Source: a virus (lineage: Duplodnaviria; Caudoviricetes). Taken from it: DNA of 34,140 nucleotides. Both the position numbers and the translations under genes were made by a program. Each line of letters starts with the position of its first letter. Position 1 is the stretch's first letter. Location: the IMG/VR virus record IMGVR_UViG_3300033998_000133, one strand, 5' to 3'. Below are positions 17,176 to 26,955 of this stretch, one piece after another. Below the pieces are notes generated by a model. It saw only the letters and a program-made list of their open reading frames with translations, made no database searches and was not told the DNA's origin.

Positions 17176-17711
17176 TGGCGGGGGTGGAACTGGCGGGCCA
17201 GTGGGCCGAGCTCAGGCGCACCATGGAGAACATGAACCTGTCGGACCAGGACCTCCTGGCGCTGAACGAGCGCGTGGCGGCCATCCTGGAACAGTCCACC
17301 CAGGAGCGGTTCGAAGAGGAAAAAGGCCCGGACGGGAAGTCCTGGCCACCTTTGAGTGAGCAGACCCTGGTGGCGCGGGCCAGGCGGCGGACCCGGCGGA
17401 AAGATGGCTCCAGCGGCTTCAGGACCAAGCGGGGCAACCTTTCCAGGCGGGCGCTGCGGATCATAGAGAATGCCGCCATCCTGAAAGACACCGGCAGGTT
17501 GATGCGGTCAATCACTTCCAAGGCCAGGCCCGAAGGGGCGGCGGTGGGCACCAACCTGGTTTACGCCGCCATCCATCAACTGGGCGGCAAGGCGGGCCGG
17601 GGCAAAAGGGTGGAGATACCGGCCCGGCCCTACCTGGGGGTATCGAGCGCCGACGAGCAAGACCTGCTGGCTATGCTGCAAGAATTCATTGAGGAGCGAA
17701 TCGAAAAATGA
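17175..17711 (+). CDS. Virion morphogenesis protein (Mu gpG / Phage_tail_S family)
   Basis: ERFEEEKGPDGKSWPPLS...ILKDTGRLMRSI...VGTNLVYAAIHQLGG...IPARPYLG. ATG 17175 overlaps the preceding TGA. Confidence 0.9.
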   Translation: MAGVELAGQWAELRRTMENMNLSDQDLLALNERVAAILEQSTQERFEEEKGPDGKSWPPLSEQTLVARARRRTRRKDGSSGFRTKRGNLSRRALRIIENAAILKDTGRLMRSITSKARPEGAAVGTNLVYAAIHQLGGKAGRGKRVEIPARPYLGVSSADEQDLLAMLQEFIEERIEK

Positions 17712-18193
17712 TCCAGATCGCCAAGGATACCATAACAGGAATTCTCAATAATATCGGTGTCAAGCAGGTCTATTACGACGACGATGCCTTTAACCGCAGC
17801 AAAGCCAACCCCAGCGCCATCGTCCTGGCCAACAAGGAAGAGCTGAAGGACAAGCGCCGGAAGGTGTGCATCTGGACCGACCCGGCCACGGGTAAGCGCT
17901 ACCTGCGCAGCCAGAGGTACGAGCGGATTTTGCCCATTGAGGTGAACATTTTCCACCGGACGGAGGAACTGGTAGACGAGATCGCCAGGGCGCTTCTGGC
18001 CGGGCTGCCGGACGGTATTGATGACGGCCAGGGAAACTGGACTCCCATCGAACCATCCACCATCGACTGGCCACCGGACCAGAAAGAAAGGGCGCTGGCG
18101 GTGGTGTTTATCAAGTTTATCGGCGGCATTTACCAGGACCGGGAGCTGGTGGCTTACACCAAGCTCACCGGCGGCAATACAAGCATCCAATAA
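17708..18193 (+). CDS. Putative tail completion/terminator protein
   Basis: Coupled ORF between gpG and the sheath; called from position only. Confidence 0.55.
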   Translation: MIQIAKDTITGILNNIGVKQVYYDDDAFNRSKANPSAIVLANKEELKDKRRKVCIWTDPATGKRYLRSQRYERILPIEVNIFHRTEELVDEIARALLAGLPDGIDDGQGNWTPIEPSTIDWPPDQKERALAVVFIKFIGGIYQDRELVAYTKLTGGNTSIQ

Positions 18194-18206
18194 GGAGGGC
18201 TGAAGC

Positions 18207-18425
18207 ATGGCGGAAAAAGATGACCGGGGCAGCAAAAAGCAAAACGAACCCGAGAAAAAGCTCTACCCCATCGAGGAACTGGCGGCAAAGCAGAACCTGC
18301 GCCCGTCCATCCTGGCGGGCATGAAAATGTCATATGGCTGGGCCGACGGGCTAGCCATGACCGATGAGGACTTCAACAAGGCGAAAGATGACTGGCTCAA
18401 GCGACCGGTTCACGGTCGGAAATAG
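18207..18425 (+). CDS. Small hypothetical tail-associated protein
   Basis: AAGGAGG SD; small gene just before the sheath. Confidence 0.65.
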   Translation: MAEKDDRGSKKQNEPEKKLYPIEELAAKQNLRPSILAGMKMSYGWADGLAMTDEDFNKAKDDWLKRPVHGRK

Positions 18426-18438
18426 GAGGTGAACGATT

Positions 18439-19812
18439 ATGCCGGTTTGGTCCAAAGCGGAAGTAGAGTATCTGGACAAGGGTACCGTAACGGTGAAAGA
18501 CGTTACCGGGACCCATATCAAGATTGGTTACTGCACCGGACTTGCTCCGGGGCAGTTTGTGACCCTGACTGACGAGGAGAGCGTGCTGGAGAAGCTGGGC
18601 GCTGGCCCCCTGGCGGAAGCCTGCCTGGATACAATCCAGGTGCAAGGCGGTACGATTATTGCCATTGCTGCAGCGGCGAGCGTTGCGGGCACATCCACCA
18701 ACATCACCCACATGGGTACCGGGCAGGCGACGTTTGTCAAAGGAGGTACCCCTATCGGCGAATATGACGTTATCCTGGCGATCACCCAGGGTGGGGCGCT
18801 GAATGCGGCCCAGTACAAGGTTTCGGTGGACGGAGGCGACAGCTGGTCACAAATCAAGACGGTGCCGGTGGATGGCATTGTTGATACGGGCACCGGTATC
18901 ACCATCACCTTCAGCAATGCCGTGGACCCGGGTACCAGCTTTGTGGCGGGGGATACCTACAGCTTCAAGACGACCGCTCCCTCCATGTCCAACCAGGACT
19001 TCCTAAATGCCATGGATGTGGTCAAGAACAATAATTTTGTCTATGAATTCATCCATGTGGTGGGCGAAACCGCCCCCGCTCTGTGGGCGGTGTGCGCCAC
19101 CGAGGCCGACGCCCTGGAAGCCGTGGCAATACCGACCTTCTTTGTATGCGAGACGCGGAACATCGACGATACCGAGGACCCGGACACCTATGTCCAGGCC
19201 CTGATCAGCGAAAAGGGACTTCTTGCCCACGAGCGGCTTTGCGTGGTGGCCGCAAGGCTGGAACTGGCAGACCTGCGCGGCAGGCAGCAGGACAAAAACG
19301 CTGGCGGCATTGTTACGGGGATTATCGGCAAGTCGAAAATCGAAGAGTCGGCGGGCAAGGTGCGCAAGTATAACCTGGCCCCTCCCGCCCTGGCCATCAA
19401 ACCCGACGGCTTGAATGAGGGGCACCTGAAGCAGCTGAACGACGCCGGGTTCACGGTGTGCCGGACCTATAACCAGTACTCCGGCATTTACATTGAAGAA
19501 GCTAATTTGATGTCCCCTCCGGGTTCGGATTATATGTACGTCAAGGACCGCAGGCTGGCGGACACCGCCGGGCGGCTGGCCTACCAGGCGGGGATGTTCT
19601 ACATGAAGAGTGAGATGTTTGAGGATGATTTAGACAACCTCAAGGCCAACATGGAAGTGCCCCTGGACCAGATGGTCAAAGACAGGCACATGAAGGGCTA
19701 TGAACTGACCCTGGTGAAGGCGGCCAATGATGAGATCGTCTTTGATCTGGTGGTGCAGGAAGTGGGCAGTATCAGGAAGTTCAAGACCAGGATCAGCCTG
19801 GAGAGGGGGTAA
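18439..19812 (+). CDS. Tail sheath protein (DUF2586-like)
   Basis: 457 aa; LNDAGFTVCRTYNQYSGIYI...GSDY motifs; followed by a tube-sized gene. Confidence 0.75.
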   Translation: MPVWSKAEVEYLDKGTVTVKDVTGTHIKIGYCTGLAPGQFVTLTDEESVLEKLGAGPLAEACLDTIQVQGGTIIAIAAAASVAGTSTNITHMGTGQATFVKGGTPIGEYDVILAITQGGALNAAQYKVSVDGGDSWSQIKTVPVDGIVDTGTGITITFSNAVDPGTSFVAGDTYSFKTTAPSMSNQDFLNAMDVVKNNNFVYEFIHVVGETAPALWAVCATEADALEAVAIPTFFVCETRNIDDTEDPDTYVQALISEKGLLAHERLCVVAARLELADLRGRQQDKNAGGIVTGIIGKSKIEESAGKVRKYNLAPPALAIKPDGLNEGHLKQLNDAGFTVCRTYNQYSGIYIEEANLMSPPGSDYMYVKDRRLADTAGRLAYQAGMFYMKSEMFEDDLDNLKANMEVPLDQMVKDRHMKGYELTLVKAANDEIVFDLVVQEVGSIRKFKTRISLERG

Positions 19813-19817
19813 GCTGA

Positions 19818-20252
19818 ATGGCTGTTAACGGCAAGGTGTACGACTGGGAGAGCATCACCATTGCCCTTCCCTACGGGGTGGTGATCGGCGTGGAAAGTAT
19901 TGACTACGACGATAGCAAGGAGGCGGAGCTGGTCTACGGTAAGGGCGGCAAAGCGGTTGGCTACGGTCAGGGCAACTACGAGGCCAATGCCAAAATAACC
20001 CTGCTCCGGGACGAGTACGACCGGCTGCTGGAGTATGCCAGGGAGAACGGCAAGGCCCTTTATAAACTGCCCCCCTTCCCCATCACGGTGAGCTACGCCA
20101 ACGACGGGGAACGGCCCAAGACGGATGTAATCAAAGGTGCCAAGCTCACCAAGAACGCCCATAAAGCGGCACAGGGCGACAAGAAGCTCTCGGTGGACCT
20201 GGAGCTTTTGGTTACCGACGAGATCATCCGGGACGGCGTGCGGGCGGTCTAA
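19818..20252 (+). CDS. Tail tube protein
   Basis: MAVNGKVYDWESITI...YGKGGKAVGYGQGNYEA; 144 aa, after the sheath. Confidence 0.75.
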   Translation: MAVNGKVYDWESITIALPYGVVIGVESIDYDDSKEAELVYGKGGKAVGYGQGNYEANAKITLLRDEYDRLLEYARENGKALYKLPPFPITVSYANDGERPKTDVIKGAKLTKNAHKAAQGDKKLSVDLELLVTDEIIRDGVRAV

Positions 20253-20285
20253 ACGATAATTTGCTGGTAAGGAGGATGTTTTCTC

Positions 20286-20627
20286 ATGGATAACAAGAAA
20301 CTGAGCGAGCTGAAGGAAAAATACGGCGAGGTCATCCTGGTGAAGGTGCCCGACCTGCAGAACCTGGATGACGACCGTGGGGACCCGGTGACGCTGGAGT
20401 TTGTCTTCCACAAGCCCAAGTCGCGGGATATTGAGCGCTTCCTCAAGGAGATGAGTAAGGACGTTTCCAGGGCCATGAAAAACCTCTGCTTCGGCCTGGT
20501 GGTCGAGGAGATGAAGGGCGAGCTGGAACGGGCGCTGGAGAAATACCCCGCTATCCATACGGGGATAGCCAATAGCATCCTGGACCGGATGGGCATGTCG
20601 GACGCCATTGAGTTAAAAAACTTATAA
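20286..20627 (+). CDS. Tail assembly chaperone (gpG-like)
   Basis: LKEKYGEV N-terminus; ends in the slippery heptamer A AAA AAC (20615-20621). Confidence 0.75.
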   Translation: MDNKKLSELKEKYGEVILVKVPDLQNLDDDRGDPVTLEFVFHKPKSRDIERFLKEMSKDVSRAMKNLCFGLVVEEMKGELERALEKYPAIHTGIANSILDRMGMSDAIELKNL

Positions 20628-20833
20628 GGCGGGTGGACGCCATGGTGGAGGAGATTGACAACAACTCCTTCACCGCCGGGCGGCTGCTGATCAAAAAGCA
20701 CCTGCAGCGGGAAAGTGACTTTGAACTGGAAGAGTTCGCGGAGCTTTACGCCCAGGCGCTGTGGTTGGAACGCAGGGAGATGGACCTGATGGCGGCGGCC
20801 ATCGCCAAGGCATTCGGAGGGGACAAAGAATAG
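20621..20833 (+). CDS. -1 frameshift extension of the tail chaperone (gpGT-like)
   Basis: The -1 frame from the heptamer reads CTT ATA AGG CGG GTG..., in frame with ORF 20633-20833, which lacks a good SD. Confidence 0.7.
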   Translation, partial: LIRRVDAMVEEIDNNSFTAGRLLIKKHLQRESDFELEEFAELYAQALWLERREMDLMAAAIAKAFGGDKE

Positions 20834-20918
20834 GCCCCTCTACCTCATGGTAGCAGGGGCCGCCGGAAGGTCAGGGCAGGGATAAAGAATAGGCCCCTTT
20901 GCTGTAGTATAAGGGGCC
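20820..20918 (+). repeat. Duplicated gene-end plus hairpin unit (59-bp period)
   Basis: GGGACAAAGAATAGGCCCCT (20820-20839) vs GGGATAAAGAATAGGCCCCT (20879-20898), 19/20 identical. Each continues into a GGCCCCT...AGGGGCC hairpin. Confidence 0.8.
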
Positions 20919-20949
20919 GAAAGGCAAAATCGCCGGATTTTTTAAGTGG

Positions 20950-21285
20950 TTAAATTTTAGTGCCCTTTCCTTGTTGGATAAGTACCTTTTGGTGACATTC
21001 AAAACAGTCGAATGTCTTTGTGCCCGATAAAAGTTTATTTTTGGTATGACAGTAAGGGCAGTCAATCTTTATAGTCGAAGCAAAAATAGAAGCAAGTAAA
21101 GATATTAAACCTATCAAACCAATGACCACCCCCAAAATTATCATAGGGATGGCAATAAAAAATCCGCCGATGCCCATTAGAAGAAAGGCCATTATCGGCA
21201 TGGCTCCCCAACCTGCAAAAAGCAACACTAAACTGTTTAGAACAGCGCCACCTTTAGTTTTAGTATCAATATCAGCCATCAACAT
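20950..21285 (-). CDS. Moron: membrane protein with C-terminal zinc ribbon
   Basis: AT-rich and on the opposite strand; long hydrophobic segment; CPYC...CFEC. SD AGGGGG, with TATAAT at 21306-21301 upstream. Confidence 0.8.
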   Translation of the reverse strand: MLMADIDTKTKGGAVLNSLVLLFAGWGAMPIMAFLLMGIGGFFIAIPMIILGVVIGLIGLISLLASIFASTIKIDCPYCHTKNKLLSGTKTFDCFECHQKVLIQQGKGTKI

Positions 21286-21330
21286 AACCCCCTGACCTTT
21301 ATTATATATAAAAGCCTGGAGGACTGCACT

Positions 21331-23634
21331 ATGGGATTAGGAACAATTTACAGGTTATCGGTCATCCTTAAACTGTCGGACTTGTTGAGCGGCCCCATGC
21401 GGGGGGCGCAAGTCGCCGTCAATAAAACCAATGAAAGACTCCAGGCTTTGGCTAATACCTCCAAGAACCTGATGGCTGCCGGGGGTGCCATGACCGCCGC
21501 CGGTACCGCTATATTGGGGGCGGTGTTGCTGCCCACCAAGGCCACCTTTGAGACGCAGCGGGCGCTGGGCGAACTGGCTTCCGTCGGCGTGACCGACCTG
21601 CAGGCACTGGAAAAGGCGGCCATGAGCTTCACCAACAAGTGGTCCGGCACCACCAAGGCCCAGTTTATCACTGCGGCTTATGATATCAAATCAGGCATTT
21701 CCTCCCTGACGGATACCGGCGTAGCGGAATACACCCGCCTGGCAGCCCTGACCGGCAAGGCGACCAAATCCACCACGGCGGAGATGACCTCCCTATTTGC
21801 CACCGGCTACGGGATCTACAAAGACTTGTACAACAAGCTGTCTGATGAGGCGTTCGGGCAGATGTTCTCGGGCGGGATTGCAGCTTCGGTAAAGCAGTTC
21901 AAGACCACAGGTTCGGGCATGGCCCAGGCCATTTCCACCCTGGGGGCGGCGGCCACCACGGCCAAAAGGCCCCTGGAAGAGCAGTTGACCATCCTGGGGA
22001 TGCTGCAGGCCACCATGCCGGGGGCGGAGGCCGGGACCAGGTACCGGGCTTTTGTGCAGTCGGCGGCCAGCGCCGGGGAAAAACTGGGGCTGTCCTTCGT
22101 GGACCAGAACAAGCAGCTTTTGAGCATGACGGAAATACTGAATAAACTCCGGGGCAAGTACGGCGACACCCTGGACGCCATGGAAAAACAGCAACTAACG
22201 GAGGCGTTCGGCACCCAGGAAGCCATTCAACTGATTGACCTGCTCTATTCCAAAACGGGGCAACTGCAAAGCAACATCTCGACGATCCAGGCGGCCATGA
22301 AAGGCGGCACTAGAGTCACCCAGGAGATGGCCAGAGCCATGAACATCGACCCCGGTTCCCGGTGGCAGATATTAGGTCAGCAATGGCAGAACCTCAAGGA
22401 AGTCGTTGGTGGTGAACTCCTACCAACTTTTAACCAGATTATGGATAAGACAGGCGGCTTCCTGCAACGTTTGACGGACCTGGCGCAAGCAAACCCCGGC
22501 GTGGCACGCAGCATTGGGTTGGTTGCTGCTGGAGCAGGCGGTTTATTGGCTGCGTTAGGAGGGGCCTCTCTCCTAATTGGGGGTGTGGGCTATATGTTTA
22601 CTCAATTAGTTAAACCCTTACGTTTAATTAGGGAGGCTGCTGGGCCGATACAGGACGCCTTTCTTACCCTCCGCATCCGGGGCATGTACGCCGCCGACTC
22701 CCTGCGCAAGGGCTTCAGCACCATCCGGGCCGGGGCGGCCAGCGCCGGGCGCGGCGTGGCCCAGCTGGCCATCAGCACCGCCCAGCTGGCCCGGCGGGCG
22801 GCTATAGCGGCGGCGGGCGGCCTGCGCAATATGGCGGTGGGCCTGGTACAGCTGGCCCGGCGCGGCATTATGGCGGCGGCCACCGCCCTGCCCGGCCTGA
22901 TCGCTTCGGTGTGGAGCTTTACGGCGGCGCTTTTGGCCAACCCCATCACCTGGGTGGTGATGGGAGTTATCGCCCTGGTGGCGGCTCTGGTCCTCCTGTG
23001 GCGCAACTGGGACGCGGTGACGGCGGCCTTCGCCAGGGGCTGGGAGTGGATCAAGAACGTCTTTACCATGGGTAAGCAGTGGCTGGCCGAGGCCCTGACG
23101 GGCATGAAAAACCTCATTGTGGGCAAGTTCACCGAATTTAAAGAGTCCGGCGCGGCCCTGCTGCAGGCGTTCGTAGACGGCTTGAAGAGCATGGTCATGC
23201 AGCCTTACGAAGTGGTTAAGGGCGGGCTGGCCAAGCTACGCAGGCTGCTCCCCTTCTCCGACGCCAAGGAAGGCCCGCTGTCGCAGCTCACTAAAAGCGG
23301 CGGAGCCTTGATAACCACACTGGCAGGCGGCATCTACGCCAAGCAGCATGTGCTGTACGCTGCCATGAGCGACGTGCTGGGCGGCGCGGGGCTTACTCCG
23401 GCCCTGGCCGCCGGTGGCGAGGGGTTCGCCGCCCCGCCGCCCGGACTGGCCAAGACGACATCCGTCAATATTCGTGAGATTTTCCGTGAGCGGTCTATTA
23501 CCAGGGAACGGGAACGCAGCGTGGAAACCCGCCGGGGCGGGCCGCTGGTGGCCCTACATTACTACGGCAACGACCGGGCGGAAGCAAGGGACCTGCTGCG
23601 GGATCTGGAAGCCTGGTTGAGCCGCAACCGGTAA
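21331..23634 (+). CDS. Tail tape measure protein (TP901-family core)
   Basis: 767 aa, Ala/Gly-rich; AAYDIKSGIS, GAEAGT, ALLANPITWVVMGVIALVA...WRNWD, LPFSDAKEGPLS. Confidence 0.92.
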   Translation: MGLGTIYRLSVILKLSDLLSGPMRGAQVAVNKTNERLQALANTSKNLMAAGGAMTAAGTAILGAVLLPTKATFETQRALGELASVGVTDLQALEKAAMSFTNKWSGTTKAQFITAAYDIKSGISSLTDTGVAEYTRLAALTGKATKSTTAEMTSLFATGYGIYKDLYNKLSDEAFGQMFSGGIAASVKQFKTTGSGMAQAISTLGAAATTAKRPLEEQLTILGMLQATMPGAEAGTRYRAFVQSAASAGEKLGLSFVDQNKQLLSMTEILNKLRGKYGDTLDAMEKQQLTEAFGTQEAIQLIDLLYSKTGQLQSNISTIQAAMKGGTRVTQEMARAMNIDPGSRWQILGQQWQNLKEVVGGELLPTFNQIMDKTGGFLQRLTDLAQANPGVARSIGLVAAGAGGLLAALGGASLLIGGVGYMFTQLVKPLRLIREAAGPIQDAFLTLRIRGMYAADSLRKGFSTIRAGAASAGRGVAQLAISTAQLARRAAIAAAGGLRNMAVGLVQLARRGIMAAATALPGLIASVWSFTAALLANPITWVVMGVIALVAALVLLWRNWDAVTAAFARGWEWIKNVFTMGKQWLAEALTGMKNLIVGKFTEFKESGAALLQAFVDGLKSMVMQPYEVVKGGLAKLRRLLPFSDAKEGPLSQLTKSGGALITTLAGGIYAKQHVLYAAMSDVLGGAGLTPALAAGGEGFAAPPPGLAKTTSVNIREIFRERSITRERERSVETRRGGPLVALHYYGNDRAEARDLLRDLEAWLSRNR

Positions 23635-23646
23635 GGAGGTGGCACC

Positions 23647-24351
23647 GTGGCGACCATAAAAATCGACAACGACAACGGCGAGGTGATGGTGGGCAACACG
23701 GTACTGCCTGGCGTTTTTGAAAGCATCGAGGTGGAAGACGACACCCAGGCCGACCAGGTGGAGATCCAGGGCAAGGAAAAGCGCTCCAACCAGCGGATAG
23801 CATATAACCCTACCCGGATCAGGCTGAACCTCACCCTTTTAAACGACGAATCCGGGCCTGCGGTGCAGAAACTGGAGGCCATTCATAAAATCTACCGGCC
23901 ATCGCGGAGCGTTAACACGCCGCAGGTCTATAGCATTATCTCCCCGGAAGCCCAGGCCCACGGGGTGGACCAGGTGACCTTCGCCTCCTTGAGAAGCCGG
24001 AGCACCAACCTGGACGACACCATTTTCGTCAACCTGGAATTCGAGGAATACATCGCGGTGACCGTCCCGGTCCGGGAACGCCCGGTGAGCGGCAGCACGA
24101 CCACCTATACCGTGGTCAAAGGCGACACCTTGAGCGGGATTGCGGCCCGGTTTGGGACCACCGTCCAGGCCCTGGCAACGGCCAACAACATCGCCGACGT
24201 AAACCTTATCTATGTGGGCCAAAAACTGGTCATCCCGTCCGGCGCAGCAGGTTCATTACCGTCGCCCGCCCCGGCGCAAACGGCGAAGGATTCCCTCTCC
24301 TGGACCACGGAGGATATCGCCATGGCCCAGGACGACGACATGCCAAGTTAA
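23647..24351 (+). CDS. LysM-domain tail/baseplate protein
   Basis: [44 protein letters not shown]. Confidence 0.88.
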   Translation: MATIKIDNDNGEVMVGNTVLPGVFESIEVEDDTQADQVEIQGKEKRSNQRIAYNPTRIRLNLTLLNDESGPAVQKLEAIHKIYRPSRSVNTPQVYSIISPEAQAHGVDQVTFASLRSRSTNLDDTIFVNLEFEEYIAVTVPVRERPVSGSTTTYTVVKGDTLSGIAARFGTTVQALATANNIADVNLIYVGQKLVIPSGAAGSLPSPAPAQTAKDSLSWTTEDIAMAQDDDMPS

Positions 24352-24363
24352 GGGGAGTTAAGG

Positions 24364-25086
24364 ATGCCGACGCAGCTGTTTTTAGGAAACGCCACAATCC
24401 AGGATGGGATTGAGTCCTTCGATTGCTGGCGGTCACGTAAGGAGCCTATTGACGTTTTAAACTTCACTTTAAGGCCGCAGGTAAGCATAAAGGTGGAAAA
24501 CAAGGCCCCGGTAATATTCCTGCTGGGGCTGCCTGGGGGCACTCTAAAGCCGGTATTCGGTGGGGCAATCGACCGCACGGTTTCCCCTTACCGGGCCAGG
24601 GACAAGATGGCGGATATGATGCAGCCAGTAAAACAGGCTTTTACCGACATTCTCCCCCAGGAGGTCTTAAGCTATGTGTTAAAGATGAAAGGGATTGAAA
24701 AGGCGGAGCTTTCGCCCAAACAATTCCCCCGCAAGAACTTCGTGGCCGACGCCCCCACTTTCTACGAACTGATCCTCCAGGTGAACAGGGCATGGGGCGT
24801 AAACTACGACGGCTATTTCGACGTGGAACAGACCTTCCACTGGCATGAACGCAAGGAGCAGAGCAAGCTACCGATCTTCGCATACGGAGAGAACATTATC
24901 AACCTGGAATTCGATGGAACCGCAGGCACCCTTTTGACGGTGCTGGTGCCGGAAATAGAGCACTCGCAGCTCATCGGCATCGAGCACCCGGATGTGGAAG
25001 TTCAGGAAGTGCTGGTGGATACAATCCACCACTATACCAACGATACCGGCGGCTTGAGGACGGAGATATTTTTCAGTGTTCCGTAG
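24364..25086 (+). CDS. Putative baseplate hub protein
   Basis: Position after the LysM gene; beta-rich; called from synteny. Confidence 0.55.
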   Translation: MPTQLFLGNATIQDGIESFDCWRSRKEPIDVLNFTLRPQVSIKVENKAPVIFLLGLPGGTLKPVFGGAIDRTVSPYRARDKMADMMQPVKQAFTDILPQEVLSYVLKMKGIEKAELSPKQFPRKNFVADAPTFYELILQVNRAWGVNYDGYFDVEQTFHWHERKEQSKLPIFAYGENIINLEFDGTAGTLLTVLVPEIEHSQLIGIEHPDVEVQEVLVDTIHHYTNDTGGLRTEIFFSVP

Positions 25087-25100
25087 GAGGTGCGCAACTA

Positions 25101-25388
25101 TTGGCGGACAGGATCCAGACTTTTATCGACGGAGTGAAGCTGGTTTTAGAACGGGAGTTTCCTGACCTGACAGGGGCTTACCGTTACCCCGTCCGCGCCA
25201 GGGTCATCAAGGTCCAGGGTGCGGGCGCTGATATAGAACTGCTGGATAAGGACGGCGGGCCATCCCCCACCCCACCCCTCCCCGCCGTCCCCTACCCGGC
25301 AGGAATGGAGCTTTTGCCTGGCGATCTAGTCAGGGTTGGTTTTTACTACAACGACCCGGCCCAGGCGTTTATCGCAGCCAAGATATAG
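25101..25388 (+). CDS. Putative baseplate spike/OB-fold protein
   Basis: ARVIKV...PGDLVRVGFYYNDPAQAFI resembles the gpV N-terminal OB fold. Confidence 0.6.
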   Translation: MADRIQTFIDGVKLVLEREFPDLTGAYRYPVRARVIKVQGAGADIELLDKDGGPSPTPPLPAVPYPAGMELLPGDLVRVGFYYNDPAQAFIAAKI

Positions 25389-25400
25389 GTGGTGAGCAAA

Positions 25401-25820
25401 ATGGCAGAGCTGGTGGACATTCTGGTGGATGATGACGGTAACTTCGTCCTGGCACCGGATGGCGACGCGGCAGTAGTGACGGACAAGGCGGTCATCCTCC
25501 AGGACATCAAGCATGAGATTATGACCTACCTGGGCGGGATCCCCTGGCACCCCGAGTACGGGGGCAAGCTCCAGGAGTACCTGAAGGACGAGGGCACGCC
25601 CATCAATCAAAAGGCAATGGCACGGGAACTGGCGGTCATAGTGGCCAAGCATCCCAACGTGTTGCCCGGCAGCGCCTCGGCGGCGGTTAAAGCCTGGGAA
25701 GGCGAGGCGATTGAACTGGAGGCCGGGTTCCGGTACACCCCGGAGGAGTCTGCCGCTGAAGCCAGTGCCGCCCTTGTGGTGATTATTGATCAGACCGGAG
25801 TGAGGGTATATGAAGCCTGA
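25401..25820 (+). CDS. Baseplate wedge protein (gpW/gp25/gp46-like)
   Basis: DILVDDDGNFVL...QDIKHEI...WHPEYGGKL; precedes baseplate J. Confidence 0.75.
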   Translation: MAELVDILVDDDGNFVLAPDGDAAVVTDKAVILQDIKHEIMTYLGGIPWHPEYGGKLQEYLKDEGTPINQKAMARELAVIVAKHPNVLPGSASAAVKAWEGEAIELEAGFRYTPEESAAEASAALVVIIDQTGVRVYEA

Positions 25821-26955
25821 AGACTTGTTGGAACTGAAGACCTTTGAGGCATTGATGGACGAGGCCGTTCAGGAGTTGCAAAGCCGCCAGTTCAAGATAA
25901 AGAACTTCCGTCCAGGCCGGATTTTTTACACTCTGCTGGAACTGGCCATGCTGGCCGTAGCCAGCCTGTTCAAGCTGCTGCCCAAAGTCCTGGACCAGCT
26001 CTTTTTGAGCACAGCCAAAGGTGCCTGGCTGGACATCGTGGCCCAGGACCGGGCGGGCGTGTTCAGAAAGCAGCCGCAAAAGACGCAAGGTGTAATCAGG
26101 GCGGGGCGGAATAACCCTGCTGCAAAAGCGGTGCTGCCGGTGGGGGCGGTAGTTACCACTGAAGAAGATGCTGATGGCAATGTTTTGAGATATCTGGTTA
26201 CCCAAAGGACTGTTCTGGACGCCGGGGTGGCGGAGGCTACCGTCCCTGTGGAGGCAGAACGGGGAGGCGCGCAATATAACGTCGGGCCGGGGCAGATTAC
26301 CAGGCTGGCCACCTTCCAGGCAGGGATAGATTACGTGACCAATGATGCCGACTGGATCACCCTGGAAGGCACGGACCTGGAGGATGATGAAAGCCTGCGC
26401 CGCCGGGCGATGAATAAGCGTACCGGCATCTCCTACGGCGGCAACCAGGCCATGTACCAGAGCATGGCCGAAGAAATAACCGGCGTGGCCAGGGCCAGGG
26501 TGAACACCAAACAGCCGAGGGGAGAAGGCAGTATCGACGTGGTGATCATCGGCACCGAAGGGGTGCCCACCCAGGCTGTCATCGACAAGGTGAAGGAGAA
26601 GCTGGATAACGACGGGTCGGCCATTGCTGATATCGCCGTCTACCCGGTGGAGGAACTGGTCGTGGATATCACCGCCACCCTTTACATCGACCCCGTTTAT
26701 GGTGACCCTGCTGTCATTGATGCGAAAGCCAGGACCTTGCTTGCGGATATGTTTAAGGTGACACCGGTTGAAGGAGTGCAGCAGATCAACATCGACTATG
26801 GCCTGGACAGGTCGTTAATCGTGGCCAACCTGCGGGCGATTGAGCATGTCTTCAGCGTGGACCTACCCCAACCCGCGGAGGATATTAAGACAACCTTCAA
26901 GCAGATACCGGTACTGGGCCGGGTGAACCTCACCATACTGGGGGCTGATGTCTGA
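25810..26955 (+). CDS. Baseplate J / Mu gp47-family protein
   Basis: TAKGAWLD...VEAERGGAQYNV...GTDLEDDESLRRR...PRGEGSIDVVI. Confidence 0.92.
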   Translation: MKPEDLLELKTFEALMDEAVQELQSRQFKIKNFRPGRIFYTLLELAMLAVASLFKLLPKVLDQLFLSTAKGAWLDIVAQDRAGVFRKQPQKTQGVIRAGRNNPAAKAVLPVGAVVTTEEDADGNVLRYLVTQRTVLDAGVAEATVPVEAERGGAQYNVGPGQITRLATFQAGIDYVTNDADWITLEGTDLEDDESLRRRAMNKRTGISYGGNQAMYQSMAEEITGVARARVNTKQPRGEGSIDVVIIGTEGVPTQAVIDKVKEKLDNDGSAIADIAVYPVEELVVDITATLYIDPVYGDPAVIDAKARTLLADMFKVTPVEGVQQINIDYGLDRSLIVANLRAIEHVFSVDLPQPAEDIKTTFKQIPVLGRVNLTILGADV

